Source: Eledone cirrhosa (lineage: Eukaryota). Taken from it: a stretch of 64,000 nt of DNA. The stretch is taken from the NCBI GenBank assembly GCA_964016885.1, contig OZ024740.1, positions 335,916,001-335,980,000 on the forward strand. Direction: 5' to 3'. Positions within the stretch are counted from its first letter, which is position 1, and each line of letters starts with the position of its first letter. The notes under the pieces were generated by a model. The model was not told where the DNA came from, searched no databases, and worked only from the letters and a program-made list of their open reading frames with translations. A program made the position numbers and the translations under genes. Positions 63,973 to 64,000 of this stretch are shown piece after piece.

Positions 63973-64000
63973 CAGGGTGTCCACAAAGTCACTAGACAAT
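63973..64000. mobile_element. Probable start of a Tc1/mariner-type TIR, cut by the window edge
   Basis: TA|CAGGGTGTCCACAAAGTC is a typical mariner-like terminus; the other end is not visible. Confidence 0.5.

Overview
AT-rich, repeat-dense eukaryotic genomic DNA with no intact protein-coding gene. The SINE families and microsatellite load suggest a coleoid cephalopod such as Octopus (inference). It contains more than 20 tRNA-derived SINE copies, decayed LINE fragments (CRE/RLE-type, Tx1/L1-type, CR1-type, RTE-type), a compact Helitron with both termini, several MITEs and a 50-bp minisatellite. The main observation is at 35945-41326: about nine near-identical copies of a 591-bp unit form two divergent tandem arrays inside a (TA)n tract. 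They carry 10 copies of a well-formed type I hammerhead ribozyme with a compensatory U3-A8 core, a branched stem II, a palindromic stem III and a GUC cleavage site, i.e. a retrozyme/Penelope-like element predicted to release 591-nt, probably circular, RNAs. Several unrelated small palindromes in nearby (TA)n tracts also have hammerhead motifs next to their inversion centres, pointing to a shared insertion mechanism. All calls were made by eye; no database search or folding program was run.
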